64,000 bases of DNA from Pseudovirgaria hyperparasitica (taxonomy: Eukaryota). The position numbers and the translations under genes are program-made. The notes below the pieces were generated by a model. That model saw nothing but the letters and a program-made list of their open reading frames with translations, made no database searches and had not been told where the DNA came from. The stretch's first letter is position 1. Each line of letters opens with the position of its first letter. Positions 49,752 to 63,486 of this stretch are shown here, piece by piece. The stretch is from the NCBI GenBank assembly GCA_010093815.1, contig ML996566.1. One strand, 5' to 3'.

Positions 49752-50957
49752 TGGTGGGTTGGTTGGTGGTGCGGAGATGGATAGGTCTCGTTTGTTTTTT
49801 GGGGGTGTAGGGAAGGGGGAGAATTGGGGATTGCTGGGTTGGGTATGTTAGTTTTGGGTTGGGTTGATGGGGTAGAATTTGGGGATTGCGGGATGGGGAG
49901 ATGGGGGGTGAGGGTGGTGATGGGGTGGAGTTGGGCTTGGGGGGATGGAGGTGGTGTGGTTTACATGCTTTGCTTGTTGTGTATATGTGGTGGTGGATGC
50001 TGGGTGTGGAGTGTTTGGGGACTTACTTGTATTGTGACGCACGCTATGCGAAATTCAGATATGATGTAAGATGCGTGGGGATGTGTGTATACGACACAGG
50101 TGTAGCAGAGAAGTTAGGGGATGGGATCTCTCGGGGGGAGGAGGCTGTTTAAATATGTCGTGGTTTGCGAGCGCTCTGAAGGTTTGGAAGCGCGGTACGC
50201 TACGAGGATAGAGGAGGGAGAAAGCCATAGAACGAGGTTCCAAACTTCCTAGACGGGGAAACATGTATTTTTTTTTCTTATGTGGCTCATCCAAGGAACG
50301 GGTATATGGAAGAGTATAGCGTGAGGGATCGTAGTAGGATGTTGTCCTTGTATGTCTAGGCGCGCTGAAGGACGTTGAGTCCATGGAGTCCATAGTCAAA
50401 CGGAGGAAACATGAGTCATAATAAGAATACAGCAAGTGAGTTACCGTAGAGTAGAGTCGATCCAAGTAGTTATTATCCTTGGTGTTGAGGCTGCTTGTGT
50501 TGTCGTCGCATACCAGTAGCATTCAAAGTGGGCTATCTGCATCCGGGAAAACATGTTGCCCGAAGAGGTATAGCGCTACGATGAAGCCCGCTACGCTACG
50601 CCCGTTCGGGCATAAGGCAGCCGCAGCTCCACCACATAAACCCGACTGCATCCCTTTGATTTTCCCGATACAGTCGTGTTCTAACCCGTACCCTGCACCG
50701 ACCAGCAGCACTTTTCATCTATATGTATACCTGATCAATGGGGTTTCTATTGACTAGTACTACTCTACATTCTTAATATTGCATGATGCCTTTGAGAAAT
50801 GCTCGGGGCACTGCCGAAGTTATACCGACGCGTCGTTGACTACGCCGCAGCTACTACCTAGTCTAGTACCTTATAAATCCATGGATAGATCTTTCTTAGC
50901 GGAAAAGCCCCATTTAAAGAGCCATTGCATGTACTAGTAGTATACCGCTTCGATCAG

Positions 50958-52054
50958 ATGTCTGCACTCGCCCACGACGCGAGTCCTGTAGGAACAGACG
51001 CACAATCCGTGCCAGGCAGCGACCTTGATGCCCAGAAACCAGCCTCATCGACAGACGAGGGCCTCAAGAGCAACCAGACTTGTAGCTGTTTCCACTATGA
51101 TCTCGACCCTGATGAAACCGACCGATCGAGCGAGTTCGATGATTCTAACTTGCCTCCAGTCGTCATATTGAACGAGACCCCCTGGCCCGAGCCCGCCAGT
51201 CCCTTGTCACCATCAGAGGAGCAGAAGTGGGAGCCACTATTTGGACTAAGTACAGACACAGGTCTGCCAAATCAGGGCATCAAGAATATGGCTGCAATCG
51301 TTGAGCTCTTGCGAGAAGCCGGGATCGTGTGTTGCATGTCGTACGAGCCCGCACTCAGGTACTACGGAGCTAAGCGACTTGTTTTCGTAAGTCATGTCAT
51401 ATAAAGTTGTCTTTGGGCTTCTTTGGGTTTTCCTGACCCCCCCGATAGGAATGGATTTTTTGCATCCCGACGGAGCATGTCGAGAGTGCCTCTCAGTTGA
51501 TTCGAGAACGAACAAATGATTACGAGCCGTTTCGCCATCCAGATACCCAGCGTGTTTACAGCCTCGACCACTTTTTCCCTCGATTCAAAATTCGGGGACA
51601 TAGCGTCTTTTTCACCTTCATGTCTTCACAGGCGCTCAACATCCCATGCACGCCCGAAAACGTCGAGTTCAGCCCGAATGGAATACCGTACCCTAAGCTA
51701 CATGTATACACCCAGAGCCTCATCGACACATACAATGTGGTGGATCTTGTTGATCTAATTGACGGCATGGATCTCTCTATCGAATGGGGCAAGGCTCATC
51801 TCAATCTGGAGGGCCCGATCGATGTTGCCTGGGGCAGATGGACCGCGAATTTCGAGGCTGGCGGACAAGCCCCTCCTGACATGATCCCACGATGGTGCGC
51901 GGATCCACCTTCACGGCTTAGTATCTGGTTGAAATACGCGTCGGCGGAGAGGAAGTGGGCGAGTCGTGGGTTCAAGGCGCTTCCGAACGACGTCACGAGG
52001 TTTCGTAAACGTGGGCAGGGGGATCCGCGGCTGCGGCAGCGGGATTGGTGTTGA
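50958..52054 (+). CDS. Conserved-looking fungal hypothetical protein with a nucleotidyltransferase-like N-terminal pattern, 2 exons
   Basis: Intron 51387-51448 joins LLREAGIVCCMSYEPALRYYGAKRLVF|EWIFCIP in frame. Downstream are SLDHFFPRFK, NGIPYPKL and DLVDLIDGMDLSIEWG. Confidence 0.75.
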
Positions 52055-52916
52055 GCGATAGAGGTTTTCGCATATATATAGTACTAGACTTGCGTGGCTA
52101 TCTGGCAAATGGTATATAGGGTTGTTGGGGTAGTAGTAGCAGTAGTCTGATGACGAAGAGAAAACTGCTCAAACATGTCTGGCCATGATGAACTCTAACT
52201 GGTATACAGTAGAACCTTGGCTATGGGATCACGTTGTACTTTACAGAAAGGAAAGATGTTCTTGGTGTTGGTTTGTGTCTGCTTGACGTCGTATAAAGAA
52301 TAATAATTAGCATACAGTAAGTAGTAAGATAGGAAGCAAATGATTGGCTGGCAATTTTTAGAAGTGGACCCATGTGTTTTCCGCCTTAGCCGAAGTGTGT
52401 GAGATGTTGGTGCCTGATTTTGCGCGAGTCGCTTGCACGGGGAGGAGGGGGAGGGCAAAATGAGGCGCGGGTATAGTTTTTTGGGTTTTTGGGTTTTTGG
52501 GATTTTTTGATATTCGACAACATACTCGACAACAAACCTTTTTTGCTGACTCGCGCGACTGTGATTCGGACTGCTCCATCGGGATGATTTCTCTGAAGGA
52601 GTTTTGATGGAAGGTTGGCGATGAGGGCAGGATATGTATGACATGAGGTCGCATGGCCAGGACCGAGCGACTAAGACCAACAGGGGGATGAACTAGTGGG
52701 ATGTGTTGTTGGATGCGCGGGTTGCAAGGGATATGGGGGGAAGGCGATGGTACAGTTAGAGAGGATGTGGTGAGATTAGGGCCGAAGTGGTGGTATGGTG
52801 CATCGGAGTATATTTTCGTATCTTTAATAGTTTAATAGTTTAGTAGTTTAATAGTGACTAGGTTACTAGGTAAACATGTATGTATGTAGATAATTCACAC
52901 AGACACAACAGACAGC

Positions 52917-52988
52917 CACGTAAGGCACATAAGGCACATAAGACACGTAAGGCATGTAAGGCATAACATGTAAGGCACGTAAGGCACA
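52917..52988. repeat. 9-bp minisatellite (CACGTAAGG variants, about 8 units)
   Basis: cacgtaagg cacataagg cacataaga cacgtaagg catgtaagg cataa catgtaagg cacgtaagg caca. Confidence 0.9.
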
Positions 52989-53096
52989 TCTCATCACTCT
53001 CTCTCTGTGCAGCCGGCGTCTAAAAGTTTGTGCAGTTTAGTCGCTACCAAACCTACCAATCTACTAATAACAACCTACTAATCACCTACCATTAAT

Positions 53097-53128
53097 CCCC
53101 CCCCCCCCCCCCCCCCCCCAAAAAAAAA
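53097..53128. repeat. C23-A9 homopolymer tract
   Basis: Read directly. Nearby are (GACAG)n at about 53367-53406 and (GGTGAC)n at about 53477-53550. Confidence 0.9.
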
Positions 53129-54380
53129 CGTCTCTCTTCCTTGTCCCCCGCCAGCCAGCCCAGCGCAGCGCAGCGCGCGCATCCCAGAAGCCTGCAAGAT
53201 GGCTGCATGTGCATCTATGCATGCATACCAAGGGAGGGAAAGGAGATGGTTGATTTATAGTAGCTTATTATTATGGCGCGCAGGGAGTCTGCTTCTGCGT
53301 AAAATATGCCATCGTCGCGCGACAGCCAATGATGCCTGTACAGACAACAAGAGAGCCCGACGCGAGGACAGGACAGGACAGGACAGGACAGGACAAGACA
53401 AGACAAGGCCAGCCAGCAGCCTACATAATACAGTGTGCGCGCGCGACAGACACCTCACAGTCAGTCAGTCAGTCATGGTGACGGGTGACGGTGACGGTGT
53501 TGTGGGTGACAGTGGTGACCGTGACAGTGACAGTGACGGTGACGGTGACAGTCAACCTTGAAATGGTCCATTTTGAGCGCAATATTATGCTGCCATTGCT
53601 ACTCATGCTAGGAAGTACGGATCACTACTAATTACTACAGTAACTACCACTAATGACTGCTGCTGATGGCTTCACTGGCGATGAGGGGAATGTACAGTGT
53701 GCGTTGAGAGGTCGCCCGTAGATCGGACCGCTATTATCATGCATGTCCACCACCGTCCACCGTCTCCACCATCAATCCATGGTTTATTATCCATCAGTGC
53801 ATCATCATCAGCATAATCATCATCACCAGCATCAGCATCAGCATCATCACCCCTCCTGCTCCTCCACGAAGCAAAGAGCGGTGTCATGCTAATATAGCAC
53901 CCTGTTTAGTGCTTGTGCTTTTCCACTTGGACAGCGTGGCGCCTCTTCTCCCCACATGCTCACTTTGTGCCCACTTTAGCTGTTAATTCCTCCCTCTATC
54001 CCCCCCTCCCCCCCCCCTCCCCTAAATTCTTCCCGGGTACCCCATGCAGCCTTTTTGCTTGTGGTCGGTGGTAGGGCCGCTTTTTACCCTGCTTGGGACG
54101 GTCTGTGCTTCCTTTCCGTAGCTTGCAACTCTCTCTCTCTACTCGCCGTTTTGCCTCTGCTCACGTCCCACTGCCTCACTCTCCTCTCAATCTAAACACT
54201 CACTCTTGTCTCTTCCTATCCACTTTCGCCTCTACCGCAACACTCGCCCTAGCCATTAATCGTCCCTCGTCGTCGTTAGTTATCTGTCGTCAGGCCCCCT
54301 CGCCATGATCTTGACCCGCTGAAGCCTCAACCTACCACCACCCAGACCCGCCCACAACCTTCTGTGCAAATCCCTTCAGG

Positions 54381-57300
54381 ATGGACTCTCGGCCGCCATA
54401 TCAACCACGAGACGCGCGAGATCGTCCCTTCATTCACAACCCGAACCATCAACCGCCTCCTCCGCCTCCTACCCAACAGCCACCGCAGCAACAGCAGCAA
54501 CAACAACAGCAACAGCCTCCTTACTCCTACGCGCCGCCTGCCTCACAACAAGCCGTACACGTGCCCTACGGTGCAGATCCTTACGCTCGAGAACAACGTC
54601 GCGATCCCTTCCTCCCTCAATCCGCACATCAAAGAAACGGTAGTTATGGAATATCTGGTGGCAATGGACCCATACCAGGCCCGCCTCCCGAGAAGTCGCC
54701 TGTAGATGGAGCTTGGTCTCATAGTGGTAAGATGAAACCTTCATTTCACATTCCGTAATAGCAGCATGTCTTTAAAAAGCCACCAATCGCTCGAGGCCCT
54801 ATATTTTGTTCGATCGTGAACGCCGAGGTCTACAGCCAATTTAACACTGTGTGGACTCTATGTGGGAAAAACAGCGCAATATGAGCGATTTGAAGACTCG
54901 GATCAGGGCAGAAAAACACAATATATGGAAATATTCATGAAGTTTGGGCGCTTTTTTTTGGGCTTGAGAATTAAGAGACGGTGAAGAAGAGACGAAGCCT
55001 GCAGGTTGTTGAGCGGTGCAAGCCCTGCAGTGTGGAAATTCGGAATGAGCCCTCTTCAGCTCCATGCAAGACATCCCGAGCCTTCGCCATTTGTGTCTCT
55101 ATTTTGCATAGCACATACGTGGAGAACGTGGCTAACGATATTTCTTCAGGCGCACAACCGCAACAGCACCACGCACCCGTACAACATCAACATCACCACC
55201 ATCATCAATCTGCCGGTCCACCACCTCCACCGCCTCCACCAATGTCTGGCCCGAATCATCCCCAGAATATGCCTGCATATGCCCCAGAACATTCGAGACG
55301 CGGATCAATAGGAGCCGGGAGCCCACCTGCTGGATATTATCAACGTATGTCAGATAATCTTCAAAACGCCTCACATTGTGTTGTGAATCGGCTGACCTTC
55401 GCATAGCGCCACGAGACTCTCATCCTCCACCTCCACTCCCTCATGGCAATCGTAACATGCCACCGCCTTCACCACAGAAACAAAGTTCTGGAGGGCCATA
55501 TCAGAGTCAACAACGTCCTCCAGATCCATTCACAAATCACAGAGAGCTTCCAAGTCTCGGGACCTCGTCCCATCGCCCGGGCAGTGCTCTATCCATATCG
55601 TCTCTAATTGGAGGAATGAATGACTCCAGATCGCAGCCTCAGCACTCGCCTCCACTCCAAGCAGCAGCGTCGCCCCCAACAAGGACAATGCAACCCCCTT
55701 CACCAAGAAGAGCTCCATCGACAGGTGCTAGGAACGAGTACGGCATGTATAACAGACCCCGGACACCTGAAAGATACCCATCCTCTTCCTCTGCAAGGCC
55801 ATCTGAGCCACGAGGGTATGGTGCATCGTCTCCGACGAGGGCAAACTCGATGGCAAACAAGTCTCCAGATCACCAACGGCAAGGCTTCTCTGGCCAAGGA
55901 CCTCCCGGTCAGTACAAACCGATGCAACATCAAGAACAGCGATATTATCCTGGCCACTCAATACCACCAAGGGATCCTGACATGGGTGGTGGACACGGAG
56001 GCCAAACTGTCCCACCGCGACCACTGAGTCAACCGTCGCAAGGTCCAGGTCCGGCGCACGAGAGGAAAGGTCTCTTCGAGCCTTCTGGTGGATATGGAAG
56101 ACCTCCATATGGATACCCCCTCGACGAACGCAGGCACGAAGCTCCTCCACTACCTCGATCGGCCGTCTCCAACCAAGTCGATGAGCGCCAACGGGATAGA
56201 CCTGTGACAGTACAACCTGTAACACACTCCGCTTATAGCCCTCCCAGGGAACAGGGTGGTCCTGGTCAGCAGCAGCCCGCGTACCCGGATTCGCGCTATC
56301 CATTGTATCGGCCTGGCATGGACGATGGTCGGAGAGAAGTCCCCCGGAGCGACGTGACGAGCGCGGCTCGACCTCCGTTTGGAGCACCATTGCAACATAC
56401 CTCGCAACATCCGTCATTGAATCCCGAAGATCCTTCACGACCTCCACGTACACACACCGGGCCTCATCCACGCATGTCGGACCCTTTCAGCAACATGCCT
56501 ACTACTTCAGATCCAATAGGAAGTGACCGACGACTCGTCGAACAGCTTGGCCATTCCGGCTCATCTAGTGCTCCACCATACCAGGCCCGTGGACCTCCTT
56601 TCGATCCCCAGAACCAAAGATCCGGTCACCTCGGCCCGGAAGCCAACCGAAGGACAGGCCGCGCTTCTCCACTACCACAAGCCGTACAGGGAGCTTCAGC
56701 CCAGCCTGTCGGGCCGGGCGGTCGGCCGGAGATCAAGAGCGAGTTTGGCAGGATGTTCTCGGGACTCGGTGGTGGACTAGGCAGTGCGCCCTCGAGGCAC
56801 GGGACAGCCACACCTTCAAGGCGAAGTCCTTTGCCACAAAATGGAGGGGAATCTAGCTTCGGCGATGGCGAGGTTTCCATGGCACGAGCTGGTTCACATA
56901 GCGGAAGAAGGGCTAATAAGAGAGTGAAAGACGAAGACATGATGATGGCAGACAACCACAACGCGGATGGAAGATTAACTCCATCGATATCCCGTGCAGG
57001 CGGGAAGAGATCGAAACATCATCATCCGCCAGATCATCACCATCACCATCGCGCAGTGGGCCATCACCATCACCATGTCCACCACAAACCAGCCCATGAG
57101 CATGATGATGGCCAAGCGGCAGGTCAATTCAACACCATACGATTGGGTCCGAACGGGGCCCCAACAGATTCCACACCAGAAGCCACTCACCATCACCATC
57201 ACCACCACATTGTACATCCGGGACATCACCACCACACTCCACGACCGATACCGCCCCCAGACAAGCTCCCAGAATCGATCTACAACATCACTGCTCTCCT

Positions 57301-58021
57301 CGCCGATGCATCAAAAGAACCAAGCGCTCATCTCGGATCACAAGTGTATGCACCGGTGCCAGTACCACCATCTGTCGAAACGCCGCTCGATGATAAATTC
57401 GGCTACGCGTCAATGCCGAACCCACTGCCTTCCACAATTCAGGGCAGAGTGAATTGTACATTTGACATCCGCATCCCTCGCTACTTCCTGACGCCGCTCC
57501 AGCGCGAACTGGTTGTGAAGCAACGTTGCGTGTGGGGACGAGACGTTTACCGCGATGATTCGGACCCTCTCGGCGCGGCAATTCACTCCGGCTGGATTCT
57601 TGGCGCGTGGGGCGACGCGGTGAGCGATGTCAGCATCCTAGATGACCGCTGTGCACGCGCCAGAGCGCCAGAGGACGTGGAACAGCGAATTTTGGCACGC
57701 CCGGCGGCACCTCTGATTCCACCGCCCGATGTCGACCTCATACTACGCATCCTCATACTCCCCCCGCTAGAGCGATATCCGTCGCACAATCAGTATGGCA
57801 TCACAAGCCGCAAAGCGGGAAACAAATATGGCGGCATGAGCTACACAATCCAAGGGTTGCAATGGAAAGATGAGGGGCCTGGGTCTCGCGGACAAGACCG
57901 CACGCGAGAGGCTAAAAACAATCGCATGAGTGCAGCCCAGGCGTTGCTTGACATGTGTCTCTCCACGCGCACGCGGACGAATGACAGCCCTAGGAACGGT
58001 ACAGCGGCGGTTACGGCGTGA
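54381..58021 (+). CDS. RXT3: Rpd3L histone deacetylase complex subunit Rxt3, with a long Pro/Gln/His-rich N-terminus, 3 exons
   Basis: HLGSQVY, NCTFDIRIPR, VWGRDVYRDDSDPLGAAIHSGW, DLILRILILPPLERY, YGITSR, GMSY. Introns 54727-55149 and 55345-55406 splice in frame. Confidence 0.88.
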
Positions 58022-60740
58022 GGGGCGGCAGGAATAAATATACAGGCCTATATGTATGATTGTTTCGGATGTCAAAAAAATTAGCGACGGCGCAAGTTCG
58101 GACTGTTGTATACGGTGGACCTTTGTAGAGTGCGATATAAGGTATAATGTGGCCACATGGAGATGTTTAGATCCAGGTCGGAAGGGCTAGTAAGATCGGA
58201 CTAGGGAACGAACGCAAAGATATCCTTCAGGTGTTTTGGCATGACATTGTAACCACGATGTATGTAGTATTATTACCCTGAGTGTATGCACGCACCATGA
58301 GCAAGGCCTACTAAATTCCCTAGGCTCGAATCAAGTCAGGCAGATTAGTCGGGCAAGTCCAAGCGCATCCTTCGAGACAAGAAAGGTGCCCCCTCCACGT
58401 TTTGGCGTGGGGTGGGGAGATTGGGCACAGATGCGATCTCAGATGTTTGGAAATCAAAAGGATGACTACTGGCGCCCAAGAGGAGAAGAGGAAAGAGGAA
58501 GAAGACCGGCCAAGGCTGAAAGGTGTTTTTTTATCTATATTTCTTCTCATGGTGGTGTGTTTGTTTTCTTGACTGCTGCGCACTGCATCTATCCATCTAT
58601 CCATCCCATCGTAATCCGGTACAGTTTGAGGGACGGACTGACCTGTCTGTCTTCCCACTACTATCATTCGTTCATTTCGACCTAGTTACCACCGATAAGG
58701 AAACGAGTCGAAAAGACTTAATTACATACATACGTACATGCGCCCCCGTTGTAATCGCATCAAGATCCTACGAAAGCCACCTGCCTGCCTGCCTGCCTGC
58801 CTGACGCATACCTTCTGCCTCCTCACGAGGCGAGCGATAGCGATAACGACTGCGAACGAACTGCTGGCGTGACGAAGCATCGACACAACGACACGACAAC
58901 AACGGCTCACCGCATCTTCTCCTCTGACCTCAGGCTCACAACGAACGAGACCTAGGCGCGCGCATTGCCTTCCATCCTATCTATCCATTCTGAGCACCGT
59001 TCGTATCCGCGTGTGTGTGCGTGTGTGTGTGTGTGTGCATGCAGAATTTGCGACCGCTGCCGACATTCCTACGTACCTACGGCCTGCTTACATACTGCGG
59101 GTTCACGACTGGCTGGGCCGAGTGGTTAGTTTATCCTGCGTGATAAGAGAGAGAAGGAGGAGGACGAGGAGGAAGAAGAAGAAGAAGAAGAAGAGGCGCG
59201 AGACAGGATACAGGATACGATGGGACGTGAGCGCGCGGAGACGTATTCGATGGGAGCGATTGTAAGTTTTTGTGTGTTTTTTAATATTTTACTTGGGGTT
59301 GTGTTGTTGTGTTTGTTATGAAGAGGGGATGAGGGGGAGGGAGGGGCTGCTGGAACTGGAGCTGGAGCTGGAGCTGGAACTGGATGCCTGAGGCTGCAGG
59401 GCGCCCGGAGTGGAGTGGAGTGGAGTGGAGTCTGGACCTGCCCGTTGCTTTTGCTTCCAGATTCGGGCCCACGTGACCTTTGGTGTGTTTTGCTGCATGC
59501 TGCTGCATATAAACACAGAAGGAGCGTTCTGGCGGTGTTGTTGCAGATGAAAAGGGCAAGACAGAAACAGACAGCTGTTGTTGACCAACAGACAAGACAG
59601 CGCTGAACTGGGCAGGAGCAGCAGTCGGGAGTATCCGGAGCAGGGACCAATCCATACGATGCAGGCGCGGCAGAACACGCGACACCGCACAAACCCAACT
59701 TTCACCCACAATTACGCCACTCACAACTCTACACACGCTACACACGCTATTACACCACTTCTCTACACACACACACACTTACACGCCACTCACGCACCTT
59801 CGAAAGGACCACCAATCGAAAGCAATCTCAAGAGAAAACCACGCATCCGCCGCATGCAAAAGGAAGATTTTTGACATCTCCACTACTGCACGCACCGCTT
59901 CTTGTCTTGCTCGTCGCTCGGCCCATGTCGTCGGTCCCTTGTTTCTTGTCCCTGGTCTGTTGTCCCTTGTCGCTCGCCCCTCATCCCTCCTCGCTCGTCC
60001 CTGTGAAATTTCGGAATCAACTGCGGGTCCGGGCCAATTCATCCATCTAGTAGTGCTGCTGCTACTGCTTCCTGGTCCTCGGCAGTGGAAAGTGACTACT
60101 ACTCGCTCATTCATCATCATTGTGCCCGCTTCAGCAACACGGAGACTTGATTCTCGCTTTCCACTTGAGCCTGTCGGGTATCTCTTCATCTCTACGACTT
60201 CCTCGCCAGCTCGCTCTCGCACCTCTGCCTCGTGCCTGACCTGCAACTCTGCTATCCTGCTCTGTCACTGCTGAATTCGCTCGAATCCTTCTCGAATCGT
60301 TACACCGAACGGCAAGCAGCTTCAATACGACAAGCCGCTGTTACGGTCGAACGGCTACCCTTCACCTTCACCCGAACGAACAATCGCGCTACGAGCTACT
60401 GTCCCATACAATTGTTAGCCTCTACGCTTCACGCACCACATTCACTCTGTTCTTGTTCACAAGGCACGTCACACCACACGCGTGTCTACCGCCTGGCCTC
60501 AAGCATCCTGTTCACTGTCGAAACGCAGGACTGTCACCCAGAAAGCCTCCATCAGACCTCGCGGGCCTGAGCACATTGTCGGCCGCCAATTTCCCATTCT
60601 TTTGATACAAAACCTCCAATTTGGCCCGGGCGCGGACTGTCCATCTAAATCTGTACCGGTCTATCTTGTCGAACACTACACTACATCCCGTTGGAGAAAC
60701 TCAGATCTCTCTTTTTGCTCCCTTCAATCGAACTTGAGCC

Positions 60741-62255
60741 ATGGAGACCACCGACGCCAACGGCGTGAACGGCACTCACCCTGTCCATAGCTTTTCCCCC
60801 AAATTGAGCTCTGTGCCTCAAGGAGATTTTATAAGACACAGTCGGAAAACTAATGGCTCTGGTGTACAGGCTGATGATACCCGGATATGTGTGGTTATGG
60901 TTGGACTCCCCGCGAGGGGTAAGAGTCTGATAGCCCAGAAGGGTGAGTGACTGCTACTATGACAATGTTATGCTTGCTGACATTCACCTCACAGCTGTCC
61001 GCTACCTTCATTGGCTGTCCATCAAGGCAAAGGTGTTCAATGTCGGTCAGTATCGCCGCACTGCAACGCCAAACCCCTCGGCCGAGTTCTTCGACACCTC
61101 AAACCCCGAAGGTGAGCGTCTTCGCCGTGCCGCTGCCGAAGCCGCTGTCGCAGACATGGTAAAGTGGTTCAAGGAGCGTCAAGGTCTGATTGCATTCCTC
61201 GATGCCACAAACTCGACCAAGGACCGCAGGAGGTGGATCCAGGAGCGATGCGACCAAGACAACATTGAGACTTTGTTCGTAGAGTCCAAGTGCGACGATG
61301 AAGATTTGATCATGAGCAACATCTTGGAAGTCAAGACCACATCGCCAGACTACGTTGGCCAGGATCCAGAAGTTGCGGCGCAGGATTTCAGAAACAGGAT
61401 CCGCAATTACGAGAAGGTCTACCAGACAATCGACGAAGATGAGTCGGATTTGACCTATGTCAAGCTGATCAATGTGGGACACCAAGTCATCATCAACAGG
61501 ATTCAAGATTACTTGCAGAGTCGTGTGGTGTACTATCTGATGAACCTGCACATCAAGCCGAGAAGCATTTGGTTGTCAAGAGTAAGCACATGTAAACATG
61601 TCCGCGCACGGGCCTGACTAACGCTTCCTAGCATGGCGAATCCAACTTCAACTTATCAGGCCAAATCGGCGGCGATGCAGACATATCCGAGCGCGGCGAG
61701 CTCTACGCGAGACGTTTACCCGAACTTGTCGCACAATCTGCGGGCGACACCAAACTCACCATCTGGACCTCTACCCTCAAACGCACAATCCAAACCGCGC
61801 GTTTCCTACCGTTTGAGAAACTCGAATGGAAGGCTCTCGATGAGCTTGACAGCGGTGTGTGCGACGGCATGACGTACGGCGAAATCGAAGAAAAGTATCC
61901 CGAAGACTTCAAAGCGCGTGATGACGACAAATACAACTACCGCTATCTCGGGGGCGAGTCGTACCGCGACGTTGTGATCCGACTAGAGCCCATTATCATG
62001 GAGCTTGAGCGAAGCGAAAACATCCTCATAGTCACCCACCAAGCCATTCTGCGCTGCATCTATGCATACTTTATGAATGTGCCCCAGGAGAGGAGTCCGT
62101 GGATGGAGGTGCCACTGCACACGCTGATAAAGCTCACGCCCAAGGCATACAAGACGGAGGAGGAGCGCATGCCAGCCAAGATCCCAGCCGTCAGCACGTT
62201 TCGCGAAAAGGGCAGCAGTGCGAAACACCAAGAAAAAGAAGAAGGCGGCGATTAA
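60741..62255 (+). CDS. FBP26: 6-phosphofructo-2-kinase/fructose-2,6-bisphosphatase (Fbp26 type)
   Basis: VMVGLPARGKS, FNVGQYRR, DATNST, SIWLSR|HGES with the catalytic His intact, LDELDSGVCDG, GESYRDV, IVTHQA. Introns 60943-60994 and 61582-61631. Confidence 0.95.
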
Positions 62256-62590
62256 ATGTTGACTTTTTCTCGCAGGCCTCTTGGACACGGATGATAATGA
62301 TGATGATGCTGATGATGATGATTGTGGTCGTCTTGCAAAGGTCGACACGCCTCTTGCGAAAGTCGATACGCCACTGGCCAGCGACTGACTGCGACGATTT
62401 TTATGTGGATTTATGATGGAATGCACACGATCGAATTTTCAATGTGCCGGGCGTTTTGGGCCGGTATGGTTAAACGGGGGGAAACTACAAAAATATTGGG
62501 ATATCATCTGCAAAGGGAGAAAGTCATCGGATTGCTTTGAGTGCATGTTCTGTGTGCATACCGGGCTGGGCGGGAACTGAATAGACCTGG

Positions 62591-62750
62591 GCTGGACTGG
62601 GCTGGACTGGGCTGGACTGGGCTGGACTGGGCTGGACTGGGCTGGACTGGGCTGGACTGGGCTGGACTGGGCTGGACTGGGCTGGACTGGGCTGGACTGG
62701 GCTGGACTGGGCTGGACTGGGCTGGACTGGGCTGGACTGGGCTGGACTGT
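62591..62750. repeat. (GCTGGACTGG)16 decamer minisatellite
   Basis: 15 perfect units plus 1 near-perfect unit. Confidence 0.98.
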
Positions 62751-63486
62751 CCGGACTGGAGTGGGGGTTCATTCTTGTTGTTTCGCATGAGCACACATGG
62801 TTATTCTGATAGAATAGGCATGGATTAGCATAGCGTACCGTACGGAGGAGAGACACACTTGTTCAGCAGGTTAACCGTCACGTCAGGCGGAGACGGGCCG
62901 GGGCAAGATTAGATTCTTTCTCAACTACAGTTTAGTCAGACAATTGCCCCACGTAAACGGGCGAATGCATGCTTTCTTGCTTTCTTGCTTCCTTCCTTGA
63001 GTCTCTCTTTCCTTCTCTGTTTCCTTCTCTGTTTCCTTCTCCCTTTCTCTCTCTCGTTCGTCCTCCTCTATGATGATGATGACTATGACTATGACTATGA
63101 ACTGCATTCCATTCCATGCTTGACAATTAGGTAGGTAAGGTAGGAAGGTAGGTAGGTAAAGTACCCAAGCATTAAGCAATAAATAACCAACAGTTGACCG
63201 TTGAACGCTGAAACGCAAACGATGCGTCCTGGCATGTTGATTTGCGTGACGGGATGGAGAAGAAGAGAAAAGAAAGAAAAGGGGAAAAAAAAGAAAGGGG
63301 GGAGGGGGGAGGTAACACTTCTCCTTTCATCTCCCTCTATCCTTTTCTCCCTTTCCCTCTCTCTCTCTCTCTCTCTCTCTCCTTCCTTGTCTCCCTCGCT
63401 CCAAGCAAGAAACCAAGAAACCAAGAAGAAAAAAAAAGGAGGAAAGCAACGAAGAAATCAAAAAAAAATCACATAAGAAGATGGAA

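Noticed and set aside
50055..50711. Two abutting minus-strand ORFs separated by one stop (possible gene relic)
   Set aside because: No recognisable protein features in any frame.
58100..60740. Many short ORFs upstream of FBP26
   Set aside because: Low-complexity SSR-rich DNA. Some may be uORFs, but this cannot be supported without transcript data.
62504..62856. ORFs with SSPVQPSPAQ / GLDWAGLGWT repeats; CRISPR-like appearance
   Set aside because: Translations of a decamer minisatellite. There are no spacers and the context is eukaryotic.
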